A stretch of 59,056 nt of DNA, counting the filler, from Squatina squatina (Eukaryota): assembly GCA_031763465.1 (NCBI GenBank). It is 3 parts of 3 records of this genome, joined end to end, with 100 filler letters (N's around TTAATTAATTAA, not from the genome) between each part and the next. Parts side by side here need not be neighbours in the genome. Positions count along the whole stretch, not along the records: positions 41,293 to 59,056 come from JARFOE010000192.1; 2 more parts are not named here. One strand, written 5' to 3'. This document shows positions 48,909-59,056 of this stretch, piece by piece. Position 1 is the first letter of the stretch, and each line of letters opens with the position of its first letter. Position numbers and translations under genes: made by a program. The notes beneath the pieces were generated by a model. The model had not been told where the DNA came from, ran no database searches, and saw only the letters and a program-made list of their open reading frames with translations.

Positions 48909-50110
48909 NNNNNNNNNNNNNNNNNNNNNNNNNNNNNNNNNNNNNNNNNNNNNNNNNNNNNNNNNNNNNNNNNNNNNNNNNNNNNNNNNNNNNNNNNNNN
49001 NNNNNNNNGTCTGTCTTGTGAGATAAATCTTTAATGACATCAACTTTTTTGACCTGGTATACTTTGTTTTGACATATATATTAGAAGTCACTGATAAGTT
49101 GTTGCATTCCTATGCCTAACCGCCCCCACCCCCCGAAATAAAACAAGACTACCCTTGTCATAGCAACAGTTATGACCTGTAACAGCTTTATTTATATATA
49201 CCTAATAGTGCAGCAACACGAGGTGGTAGTTTCAGAGGTCATTCTGGAATGGTGTACACAGCTGCTGTAAAATTCTTCGTTAAACCTCTCAAACTATAAT
49301 TATACATGTAGGTGAATATTATATGTGTAGACTGATTTTCATTTTATAATTAACATTATTTCTATAATAAATTTAGGCCTTTTAAAAAAAATGTTCAGAA
49401 ATAGTAATTATGGTTTGAAATATTTTGGTTTCATAAAACCATAATGTGTTAATTGAGTAATACAACATCTTTGCTTTGTCAGTGCAATGTGGTTGAAATT
49501 ACATTTAGATTGGATAAATTAATAGCCTCTGACTAAAATTGAAGTTCTTGCTTTGCTGATCAACGTTAAGTTCTGTTTAAGATGCTTTCTCACCATTTCA
49601 CATCTGGGACATGGTGTGAAAAAAGGGATATTTTAAAAATTAAGCAGTAGTTGGAAATGTGTTAGAAAAATCCATTGAAATGTTATAGCAACACTAAGTT
49701 ATGACATGATAAACCATTTCTTTGCTATCTTTTGGATATTGTGGACTGCTGAGATTTTAAAATGTGCAAGAATAGCTGAAGTGGAGAGTAGTTAAGCTGA
49801 TTTTAATTAAGATGGTAACATTTCACCAAAGTGAATCATCTTACTGTTAGCTTTTTGAGGGATTTATATGGGAAAATAATGATGATTATTGGGTGAAGTG
49901 GGGCATAAATAGACATTCCTGTTTTAAATAGATTCTGCAGAATGGTTTTATTTTATTTAAGTAGTCTTGTATAGAATTAGTGTCCAGTTGTATCTATCCA
50001 GAATATTGAANNNNNNNNNNNNNNNNNNNNNNNNNNNNNNNNNNNNNNNNNNNNNNNNNNNNNNNNNNNNNNNNNNNNNNNNNNNNNNNNNNNNNNNNNN
50101 NNNNNNNNNN

Positions 50111-50290
50111 TTGCAAAAATATCGCAAAGCTCAGTGCTGGGGATGGGCTTCGCAGCCTCAGTGTTGGATCTGTCCAGAAGTTTCTGGGCAGATCGCAAAT
50201 GCCGGTTATGCGGGCTTACGATTGACAGTCCCATAACTGGCTTTTGCGATGTCTCCCCGGGTGCGTGGGAACATCGCAATTTCAGGGCAG
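50111..50290. mobile_element. Terminal part of a MITE-like element with nested palindromes
   Basis: Hairpins at 50167-50194 and 50192-50250; end gcaatttcagggca is inverted-similar to gggcctgaatttgc at 51930. Confidence 0.5.
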
Positions 50291-52130
50291 TTATCCTCCG
50301 ACTCATCATGGATGATCTAGTATCTTTTTTTTTTAAAGTTCCTTGAAGGCAACTTTTGAAGGAATCTCTAATATGATCAAATACTGTAATTCACAACATA
50401 ATTAGGTACAATAACTGATTAGTATACAATGAAGTGAATGTATTATAATGTGAATTAAGTTAAAATGCTTTAATGTTTAGACCATTTGAACAGATGTCTT
50501 GTTAAAGAAATAATTGTCATTAATATTGTGAAGCACTCTACTGATATTGTTGGCTTAAAGCTGTTAAATAGCTAGCGTTGACCTTTGGTATATACCAAAT
50601 TGGATTTTTCCATTGTGACTCAACATGTTTTTTTTCAGTTACTTCTACTGGAAACACCTGATTGTTAGATGAAGGAAGGCTCAAGCTTGGCTATGATGTC
50701 CTTCTCTAACCCGATCGAACCTCTCCCGAACATCAACCATTTAGCTCTAACATGAACAGTTGGTACTTGCTGGAGGATATCCAATTCATAATGGAAATAT
50801 ACTCGAGCATGAGTTTGCACTTTCAAAAGGGGGAGGGCAGGAAAATTATGCCATGAAGAAACTAGTCTCTGTGGGAAACCCATGAACTGGTCTGTTTAAC
50901 TCATCACATCATGTTGGGAATCATAGGTATAAATTTTAGTCCTGCCACTCCACTGAAGCTCAGTGAGATCTGATGCTACCTGATCTTTTTTAATATTGGA
51001 AGAATTGAAAATTTATTGGGAGAATCTAGTTCTATCTAACAAACATAGCTATATATATATTAGTGGTAGATTTTCTCTCTGGCCTTGGGTGCAGTTTATA
51101 AAGAATGGATTGACAATATTGTTACACCAAATACACAGAGGAATTTTCTCAACCCCCTCCCCACAAAAGGAGGGGTAAAAATCTTAACACATCTGGACAG
51201 GAAAACACATGAAAAAATATATTTTTGCAATATTAATGGAGTCAGAAATTTATGAATTTTCATTTAAAATGGCCATAAAACACTTAGGCTACAGTAAGTC
51301 TCAAAGGAGATGTATATTTTTAAACCTCTGTTCTGGCCTGAGGGAATTGACAATTGCTCTACCCTGCATATCTTACAAGGTAGGAGGTCACAGCAGACAG
51401 GCATCTGGCAATAGCTGACATATAAAAATCAGTAAGCACAGATTCCCAGGGGATAAAAATACCCAAACCTCATTGCTTTGCTTTGGTTTTGTTCGCTACT
51501 TTACAACGTGACGCAACGTTCAAGAATAATGTGAGTTCTTTTGTGTATCTCTTCTATTCTAAATCGCTAAAATTGATCTAAATTGGTTATTCTCCAAAAA
51601 GCTTGATTCACAGTAATGAAAAGTGGTTCAATGCTAAATAACAATATACATCTATAAACACTGGCATAGACCAATTGAGCCGAATGTCCTGTTTCCGTGC
51701 TGTAGACTTTTGTGTAATTCTACCATGTTTATTTTAAATGCAGTGTGCACATTTATAGACGCTCCTATCATTTCTTTGCCTTTTATGTACAGTCCACCCC
51801 TTGCACTAAGATAAACCATTATAATCACTATAGAGCTCAGATATACAATGGACTTGTGCATTGCTGCATTTTGTAACTTCTCTTATTATTAGCTGGATTG
51901 TATTTAAAAAGAAAAGCCCACACCTTATTGGGCCTGAATTTGCAATTGGAGGCTTCCTGCGTGTGGATGCATCCAATCGCAAAGATCTCTACAAACTTGC
52001 CTGAGGGTCAGGGAGCCACGTAAATTTCCTGTCTTCTGCCTCCACAGCTGGGCATGTGCAGCGGGGCTCTTCTCTTTCGTGTGTAAGTCCTTCGGAGAGA
52101 CTGGAGAGGTCACCTACCAATCAGGTAGGA

Positions 52131-52191
52131 GTATCTCTCATTCAAGCTTTGACAGATTAGACAGATCTGTCAAAGCTTGAACGAGAGATAC
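52131..52191. repeat. Inverted repeat, 27-bp arms (1 mismatch), 7-nt loop
   Basis: gtatctctcattcaagctttgacagat-tagacag-atctgtcaaagcttgaacgagagatac. Confidence 0.95.
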
Positions 52192-52907
52192 AAAACTACA
52201 CAAGCACATCAAAAAACACTTTAAAAACGATTGTAACATTAAAATTTAATAAAAATGAGAAATAATACAAACTTTTTNNNNNNNNNNNNNNNNNNNNNNN
52301 NNNNNNNNNNNNNNNNNNNNNNNNNNNNNNNNNNNNNNNNNNNNNNNNNNNNNNNNNNNNNNNNNNNNNNNNNNNNNCTCAACAGTGCATTTAGCACTGG
52401 GCTGCATGTTGCTGTCATTTAAATTAACAGACAGCACAAAGTTTGCATACTACCTGTATTGGAAGGAATGGGCGCAGGGTAGTCACGCATCGCCATATCT
52501 GCACCAATTTTCAGGTCTTATCCAATTTTGAGGTCAAAATTGTTGCAACACCTACAGCAGCAAGTATACTAATTGTGGAAGCCTTTTATCTCAAAACCCA
52601 CAAGTGACTAGCACAAAGAAGTGTGCCAAATCTGCAGCCAGCTTTCCTCAACTTCAGCTGAGGATCCTTTTAATGGTCACTAAAAATGGCTGCCTCCTAT
52701 TTTCTACTGCCCATGTTTGGTGGGTAGGAGCTGGCAGTAATTTGGTGGGCAGAGAGAGAAATGGCATCAGGGGTCATAATTATGTAATCTAACCTCGATT
52801 AACATTGCCTCTTTCCGGCAGGAGCTCGAGCTACCTAGATTGAGGCCCACCTAAAATTTGGAACAAGCAGGAACCAAACAGTAAATCGTGCTTGAACCAG
52901 TCACACC

Positions 52908-52974
52908 ATTTTTGTCCTATTTTGAAGCACATAAAGATGGGCAATCTTTATGTGCTTCAAAATAGGACAAAAAT
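52908..52974. repeat. Perfect inverted repeat, 31-bp arms, 5-nt loop
   Basis: atttttgtcctattttgaagcacataaagat-gggca-atctttatgtgcttcaaaataggacaaaaat. Confidence 0.97.
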
Positions 52975-54041
52975 TGCTTTTAAAAGTCTTTTAAAATTGC
53001 ACAAACTAATTTTGTACTAAAATACTTTGCGTATCTTGTCTTCATATAGCATTTAGATTACTTAACTCATTTCTACAGATTTCACTATTTACACTTTTCC
53101 GTGTTGAGCTTGTTTTATATTACTTTCCAAAGTTACATAAAACCTCTTGTTGAGGTGACCAGATTGTGCGACCATATATGGCACAGCAACATGCTGAAAA
53201 GCATCTTGCAGTTGATAACAATGATCCTTTATTATGTTAGTGTAACTTTTTTTTAACATCTTCCTAAGTAACCCCCTAGTTATAAACCTTGAGTTTTGAC
53301 GTGTGAAAATATTTTAGAATAGAGTTTCCTTTTTATTTAGCTAGGCAGTCTTAAGTGAACTTTTCTTTGAATTGTTTATAACAGGAAGTTACCTCCCACA
53401 AGAGACATTTAGATTCCCACACAAGCATTTTAGCATACAGTCATTTATCCCACAGCAGCATAAATGTATGCTATAGTGATGCATATGTGGTTTTCTGGTA
53501 TCACAATCAGCTCTGATGTTGTGGACAAGAAAAACCTGCTCTGTTAATAAATAACCTTGCAACTTGGCCACTTTGTAACACCTCAAACTATATTCTGCAG
53601 CAATGAATANNNNNNNNNNNNNNNNNNNNNNNNNNNNNNNNNNNNNNNNNNNNNNNNNNNNNNNNNNNNNNNNNNNNNNNNNNNNNNNNNNNNNNNNNNN
53701 NNNNNNNNNNNNNNNNNNNNNNNNNNNNNNNNNNNNNNNNNNNNNNNNNNNNNNNNNNNNNNNNNNNNNNNNNNNNNNNNNNNNNNNNNNNNNNNNNNNN
53801 NNNNNNNNNNNNNNNNNNNNNNNNNNNNNNNNNNNNNNNNNNNNNNNNNNNNNNNNNNNNNNNNNNNNNNNNNNNNNNNNNNNNNNNNNNNNNNNNNNNN
53901 NNNNNNNNNNNNNNNNNNNNNNNNNNNNNNNNNNNNNNNNNNNNNNNNNNNNNNNNNNNNNNNNNNNNNNNNNNNNNNNNNNNNNNNNNNNNNNNNNNNN
54001 NNNNNNNNNNNNNNNNNNNNNNNNNNNNNNNNNNNNNNNNN

Positions 54042-55075
54042 CTCTCCAGTGTCTTTTCTCTTCAGACCACCTCTGGCACTCCCCTCTCATGGTAATATTC
54101 ATGTGACATTGCATCTGCTTGAGCGCTTTCTCCTGATGTGCCCAAGTGTAACCTCCAGTGTAACACAACGCTCAATCCCTGATCCACTCCTCATCATTTT
54201 ATACATTACCTCTTGGAGACCTCACCCAGAAGCGTGGGTGTCAACTTCCAAAATGTATACTGACAACACCCAGCAACCCCATCAATTCCAGAATTACTGC
54301 TATCCACTTTTACTGCATGTCCAACCAATGTTTATTCCTGGATGAATGGTAATTTTCTCCATCTAAATGTGGAAAAAAAAAACCCTGAAAACTCTTGGCT
54401 TTCACCAGTGTCTGTACTTTCAGTCTTGACTTCATTATCTCCTTGGCTACCATCTGAGGCTGAGTCCAGAGGTGTTCGACCTGAAGCCTGGTTCGCTCCC
54501 CACATCAGATCGATATTGAGACCACTTTTTTTTGTCGCAACTCTTAAATAACATCCCTCTGTTCTCACCTATTGAGGCTGAATACTCCAGTGGTCTTTTT
54601 ACTGGCCTCTTACCACCGTCCCGAGTCTACAAACTGAAAATTATTGAAAATGCTGTGGCTCCGTCCTGATCCATACAAAGTACTGTGCTTCCATTACCAG
54701 ATCCTTAGCGGTCTCCTGCAACTTCCCATGCTACACCAAATTGACTTGTCCTTGCCACAGTAATTTCCTCCAGCCATGCATTCCTGTGTGCAACTTCAGC
54801 TCCGCCAATATTGGATTACTCCTTACTCTGTACTCCACCACTGATGGCTTCCCTTTCAGTCATTATGCCCCTTTGCTCTGGCACTGCCTCCCTAAATGCC
54901 TCTACTTCCAAAAGTCTCCGAAAAGTCTACCCATTGATTTTTGCTTTTACTTATCCTTTCTTTCCTACCTCAATTTCCTAACCTTTCTATTCCCTTTATC
55001 CTTGCTGTTTGGTGTTCATTTTTGTCTTCAACCTTGTAAAATGCTCTGGAATGTTTCCCTGTACATGAGAATGCT
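54042..55075 (+). mobile_element. Highly degraded L2 LINE fragment
   Basis: aaaatgtatactgacaacacccagca (MYADDTQ relic) and ctggatgaatggtaattttctccatctaaatgtggaaaaa; collinear with the other L2 copies. Confidence 0.7.
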
Positions 55076-56289
55076 AAAAACAATTTAAGTTGGTTGCTTA
55101 TGATACTCTGACTTATAGTCACTTTCCAATGTAACTCTCTTGCATAAACACAGTATTGGAAAGCTGCTTGAATCTCATTTTCACTTCATGATCACAAGGC
55201 TTTCCTGTGGGGGCGGGAGTTATGAAGGAAGGAAGGAAGAGTTTGACTAATCGCAGTCAAGTTGCTCAGCAAAGCAGGGAATTCAAGAAAACGTATTTTC
55301 TCTTGGCTGCCTACAAGAGGATGAAAACCTATAGAATAGAATAAAATGTAATGTCACTGTTTCTGCTAATTGATGTCAGTGACTAATGTCCTGGGTAATA
55401 GTACAAGTTATAGCCTGTGCAAAGAGGATGACTGTTTCTCAATTTGTAATGCATTCAATTTCAGGATGTTAGGGTCGCACCCAAATGTAGGGTTCTTTAT
55501 CATATGCATGTGCTGTATATGATTTATTTGAGAATATCCAGTATTATTTTGATAATGCATTAATAAAAGCAGTCCGTACAGAACTCTACAAAAAGAAAAG
55601 ACATCATTATGTTTGAAAACCGTGATCTAATATTTCCCTTAGGTTAGAGTTGGGTGTATTTCAAATTTCTATTCAAGGAAATCATTTCATACATCTAAAG
55701 GACACATTTCCGGAGTCAGAAGTGTGCCAAACAAACATTTCATAATAGAGAAATTTATGACCTGTTATGGGAAGTTACAAGCTGGATAAAGCAATATCAT
55801 CCTACCCACAATGCATTATAGACTGAATCCATAAGAACAAGAGTAGGCCATTCAATCCATTGGTCCTACCCTACCATTTTTTTAGCTATGGTAGCTTTAA
55901 CTTCTTGATCCTAATTCACTGCCCTTCCTCTATATCCCTCAACAGTGAGGTGTGAGTCAGATACAGCAGAGTTGTACCTATTCTAAAGACATGCTACATT
56001 CTTGTGGGAGAGTGTTGACAGAAGATGTTCTCACCTTCCAAGTGGTACATGTAGGCAAATGACAAAATAATGAGGCCAGAAGCTGCTGTCCCAGAAATCT
56101 TGACATTTAAACGAGAAGTGCACCTTTTTTAAGNNNNNNNNNNNNNNNNNNNNNNNNNNNNNNNNNNNNNNNNNNNNNNNNNNNNNNNNNNNNNNNNNNN
56201 NNNNNNNNNNNNNNNNNNNNNNNNNNNNNNNNNATGAGGTTTTGGGTCGGAAATTCACTCTCCTTACCACAACTGGCGTGTATGAGAAA

Positions 56290-56395
56290 AGAAAAGGAAG
56301 ACTTGCAATTCTATAGCACCTTTCACGGCCTCAGGACGTCCCAAAGCACTTCGCAGCCCACAAGGTACATTTATAATCCATTCACTGTGGTAATG
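56290..56395 (-). mobile_element. SINE 3' tail fragment
   Basis: gaagacttgcaattctatagcacctttcacggcctcaggacgtcccaaagcacttc. Confidence 0.75.
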
Positions 56396-56589
56396 CATGA
56401 AATATCTGAGAACTGGAACAAATGCTTTCTCTCGCGGGAAACGGCTCTGTGTTGAATTGTTGATATGTGGGGAGAGCAGAATTTGTTCCCTGGCATCAAC
56501 AGCAATGCTCGCCCTTAAAACTACAACATCACTGCTTTTTGATTTTCAGGGTGTCTGGGGGAGCTCACCTGTTTTGCCTTTTCAGGAAT

Positions 56590-57240
56590 TACATATAAGT
56601 TACAGTGCACAGACAGGCCAGTCACCCCAATGCTCTATCCTGGTTTAACCTCCACAACAGGGACATCCCATCGCAATTCATTTGACCTGATAAACATAAC
56701 CTTCTCTAATTTCTCTTACGTGTTTATCAAGCATCCCCTTAATTGCATCAGCACCATTTTATTAATTTACCTCAAAGTTCTGCACTTTCTACATTCTCAC
56801 CATACTCTGCGTAAAGAAGTTTGTACTGAATTAAAATTATCAGTGACCATCTTATACTGATGACGCATGGTTCTGGACTCCCCATTAGGATTATCACTGA
56901 CGATTTTATCCTGATGACCCGTGTTCTGGACTCCCCAGTAGGATTATCAGTGACCATCTTATACTGATAACCCCGGGTTCTGGAGGCACAGCAAGTAGAA
57001 ACTTTTTTTTCTACTTCGAACTTATAAAGCTCTTTCATAATTTAAAATCTTTATCATGTCGCCCCGTAGTCTTCTCTTTATATATATAAGAGAACAAGCC
57101 TTGTCAGCCTTCCTGACCTTAACAACTATCAGTTTTGGAATTTTTTTTACACATCCCACATTTGGGTTACTAACTGTTTACAATATTCCATATAATTTAA
57201 GTTCTGTCTAGGCAAGGTTTTATACAAGTTGAACATAGCT
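56590..57240 (-). mobile_element. Degraded CR1 3' fragment containing an internal 53-54-bp triplication (56836-56982)
   Basis: ORF relic ASRTRGYQYKMVTDN matches the CR1 TRGHxxK region; the unit attatcagtgaccatcttatactgatgac...ttctggactcccca-tagg occurs ~2.8 times. Confidence 0.7.
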
Positions 57241-59056
57241 TTTCAATTTTAAAAGTAATTGAATTATTGCACAGAGCTCCTCCTACCACAGGAGAGCGTC
57301 AGGTAGGCGTTGTCACCACATGTTCACATTGCAGGCTCACCCGGTCCGAACATCCTGCTCTGCCTCTGTGTTGTCAGCCTGCGTTTCCAAGACACTATTG
57401 GATGAGGGCTGTTCATAATTATAATGCACTCCTGAAAGTAATAAATTTTACAACACTGAATGTTAGATGATGCAGATATGTTAAGCAAATGGAAAAAAAA
57501 TGTCATTAGAAATAATTGCAAAACCAATTAAACATTTTTTGGAAAAGTTCAAAAGTAGGCCCAAACAGATTCTGCAATTTCTATAGTGCTTTAAATACAA
57601 CTGGCTTTGTTTCCTTTGTCTTTGATAGCTAGTCCCAAGCTGTCATCATTTTTAGTAATTTATTTTTTCTCAGAACTGTACAGCTCAAAGACTTAGCAAC
57701 TTTTTCAGACTGGACCATCCTTAATTCAGGTTCTTCAGTACTGTTGCAAGAATAATTTTTCCTTTTAGGAAAATAGAATGAAAGATGTCCTCACTCTTGC
57801 ATTTACCAGACCGGCAGGCACAATACATGATTTTGCCTGGGGTATAATTATAATCCACAAAGGAATTTTCCCTCAAGTGTTTGACTCATAAAAATATTGT
57901 ACAAGTCATAATATTATGCCCAGTGAAGGTATTTATTAAAAAAAAAGAAAAACATTACCCCAAAAGATTGCAACTGACTTAATCCACCACAAATGTTTCC
58001 ATTATTGCTTGTAATCTACTAGTTTGCCCCTTCCCCTCTTCTGCCTCAGACTTAATACTGGAAGATTAGCTGGTAATATGCAACATATAAATTGCTGCAG
58101 TTGTGCCTTTGGTTAGGCTGCTGTGCAGAAAATCTTGTGTAGCAGAGCAAGCCTTCATCGATTTAGAGAGATAAATCACTTGTGGTCCATCACTAGAGCG
58201 CTAGAACTATGAATTTCTTTCTAAAAAGATCTCAACTGATATTAGCTGTGATCTTGGCTTAGTAGTTTTGAGACTTCAAGGAAAAAGGGAAAATTGGCCT
58301 CATGAGGGACAGCGTGTATTCACCACCTGTATTACTAAAACACGTTGAACAACCAAGCTGCTGCTTTAATAGAGTTTACAAGTTGCAACATGGATGCAGG
58401 GGAATTGGGACTGGGGGAACTATTATAAAACAAAAGATTGGAAGCATTAATGTATAACATTCTGCATGATTCTGAATAATTACTTGTCAACACCTTAAGG
58501 GAAAAGGAGCTGGTTTAAAAAAAAATTGGAAGAGAAGACCTCATTTTTTTAAAGTAACCAGTCATTGGGAACTTGTAGAAATTAGTAGCTGTTCCTATTT
58601 ATTGAGGTGTAATGGGGGTGACAGAACTGTACAAGCAGAGTAGGCGAAAAATTAGAATTGATCAAATCCAGGAGCACTGACATTTCTCAATTAATTATTC
58701 TGCTGAGATAGTAAAGACACAGTTAATTATTGTCAGATGATGAGATGGAGGTCATGCCGCCAGCAATACTAAGTAGAACATCATCAGCATATAAATGGAT
58801 TTTTATCAGAGAAGGTGGAAGAAAATGAATGCTGAGAGGATTTGACAAGTGCATTGGTCCTATGTTGAGGATAGAGTGGAGGAGCAGAGGGAGCATAACT
58901 CAAAACCAAAAGAACCTGTCAAAACTGAGTGAGATATAGCCTGATCATCTTCAAATTTGACACCATATATGATGTGCTAAAGAGTGTCGGCTGACCGGCT
59001 GGATGTTTCCAGCATTATCTTTTTTTTTGTTTGTTTCTAGCATCTGCAGTATTTTA

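Overview
Repeat-rich vertebrate genomic DNA from a fragmented draft assembly. The repeat content (tRNA-headed SacSINE1/DeuSINE-like SINEs, CR1 and L2 LINE fragments, a Harbinger relic, MITEs) points to a cartilaginous fish, probably a shark; this is inference. The window is not one locus. Two artificial N44-TTAATTAATTAA-N44 linkers split it into three pieces (1-24522, 24623-41192, 41293-59056), and each piece is built from short contigs joined mostly by fixed 100-N gaps that can hide much larger stretches. Six spliced exons are recognisable: a SIGIRR-like Ig exon (13277-13404, minus), two consecutive IgLON Ig3 exons (22340-22460 and 24294-24445, plus), a PDLIM1-like PDZ exon (29001-29152), a ZM-motif exon of the PDLIM3 skeletal-muscle type (to 29583), and the first coding exon of CPVL (46647-46827, minus). 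The best leads are an IgLON that cannot be assigned by eye to any of the five known paralogues, the ALP-type ZM exon beside a PDLIM1 PDZ exon, two long near-perfect hairpins at about 52-53 kb, a CpG-dense candidate exon at about 39.2 kb, and several minisatellites. I see no CRISPR array, rRNA, true tRNA or intact autonomous element, and no demonstrable new multi-gene system. Gene assignments rest on recalled protein sequences, not on database searches.
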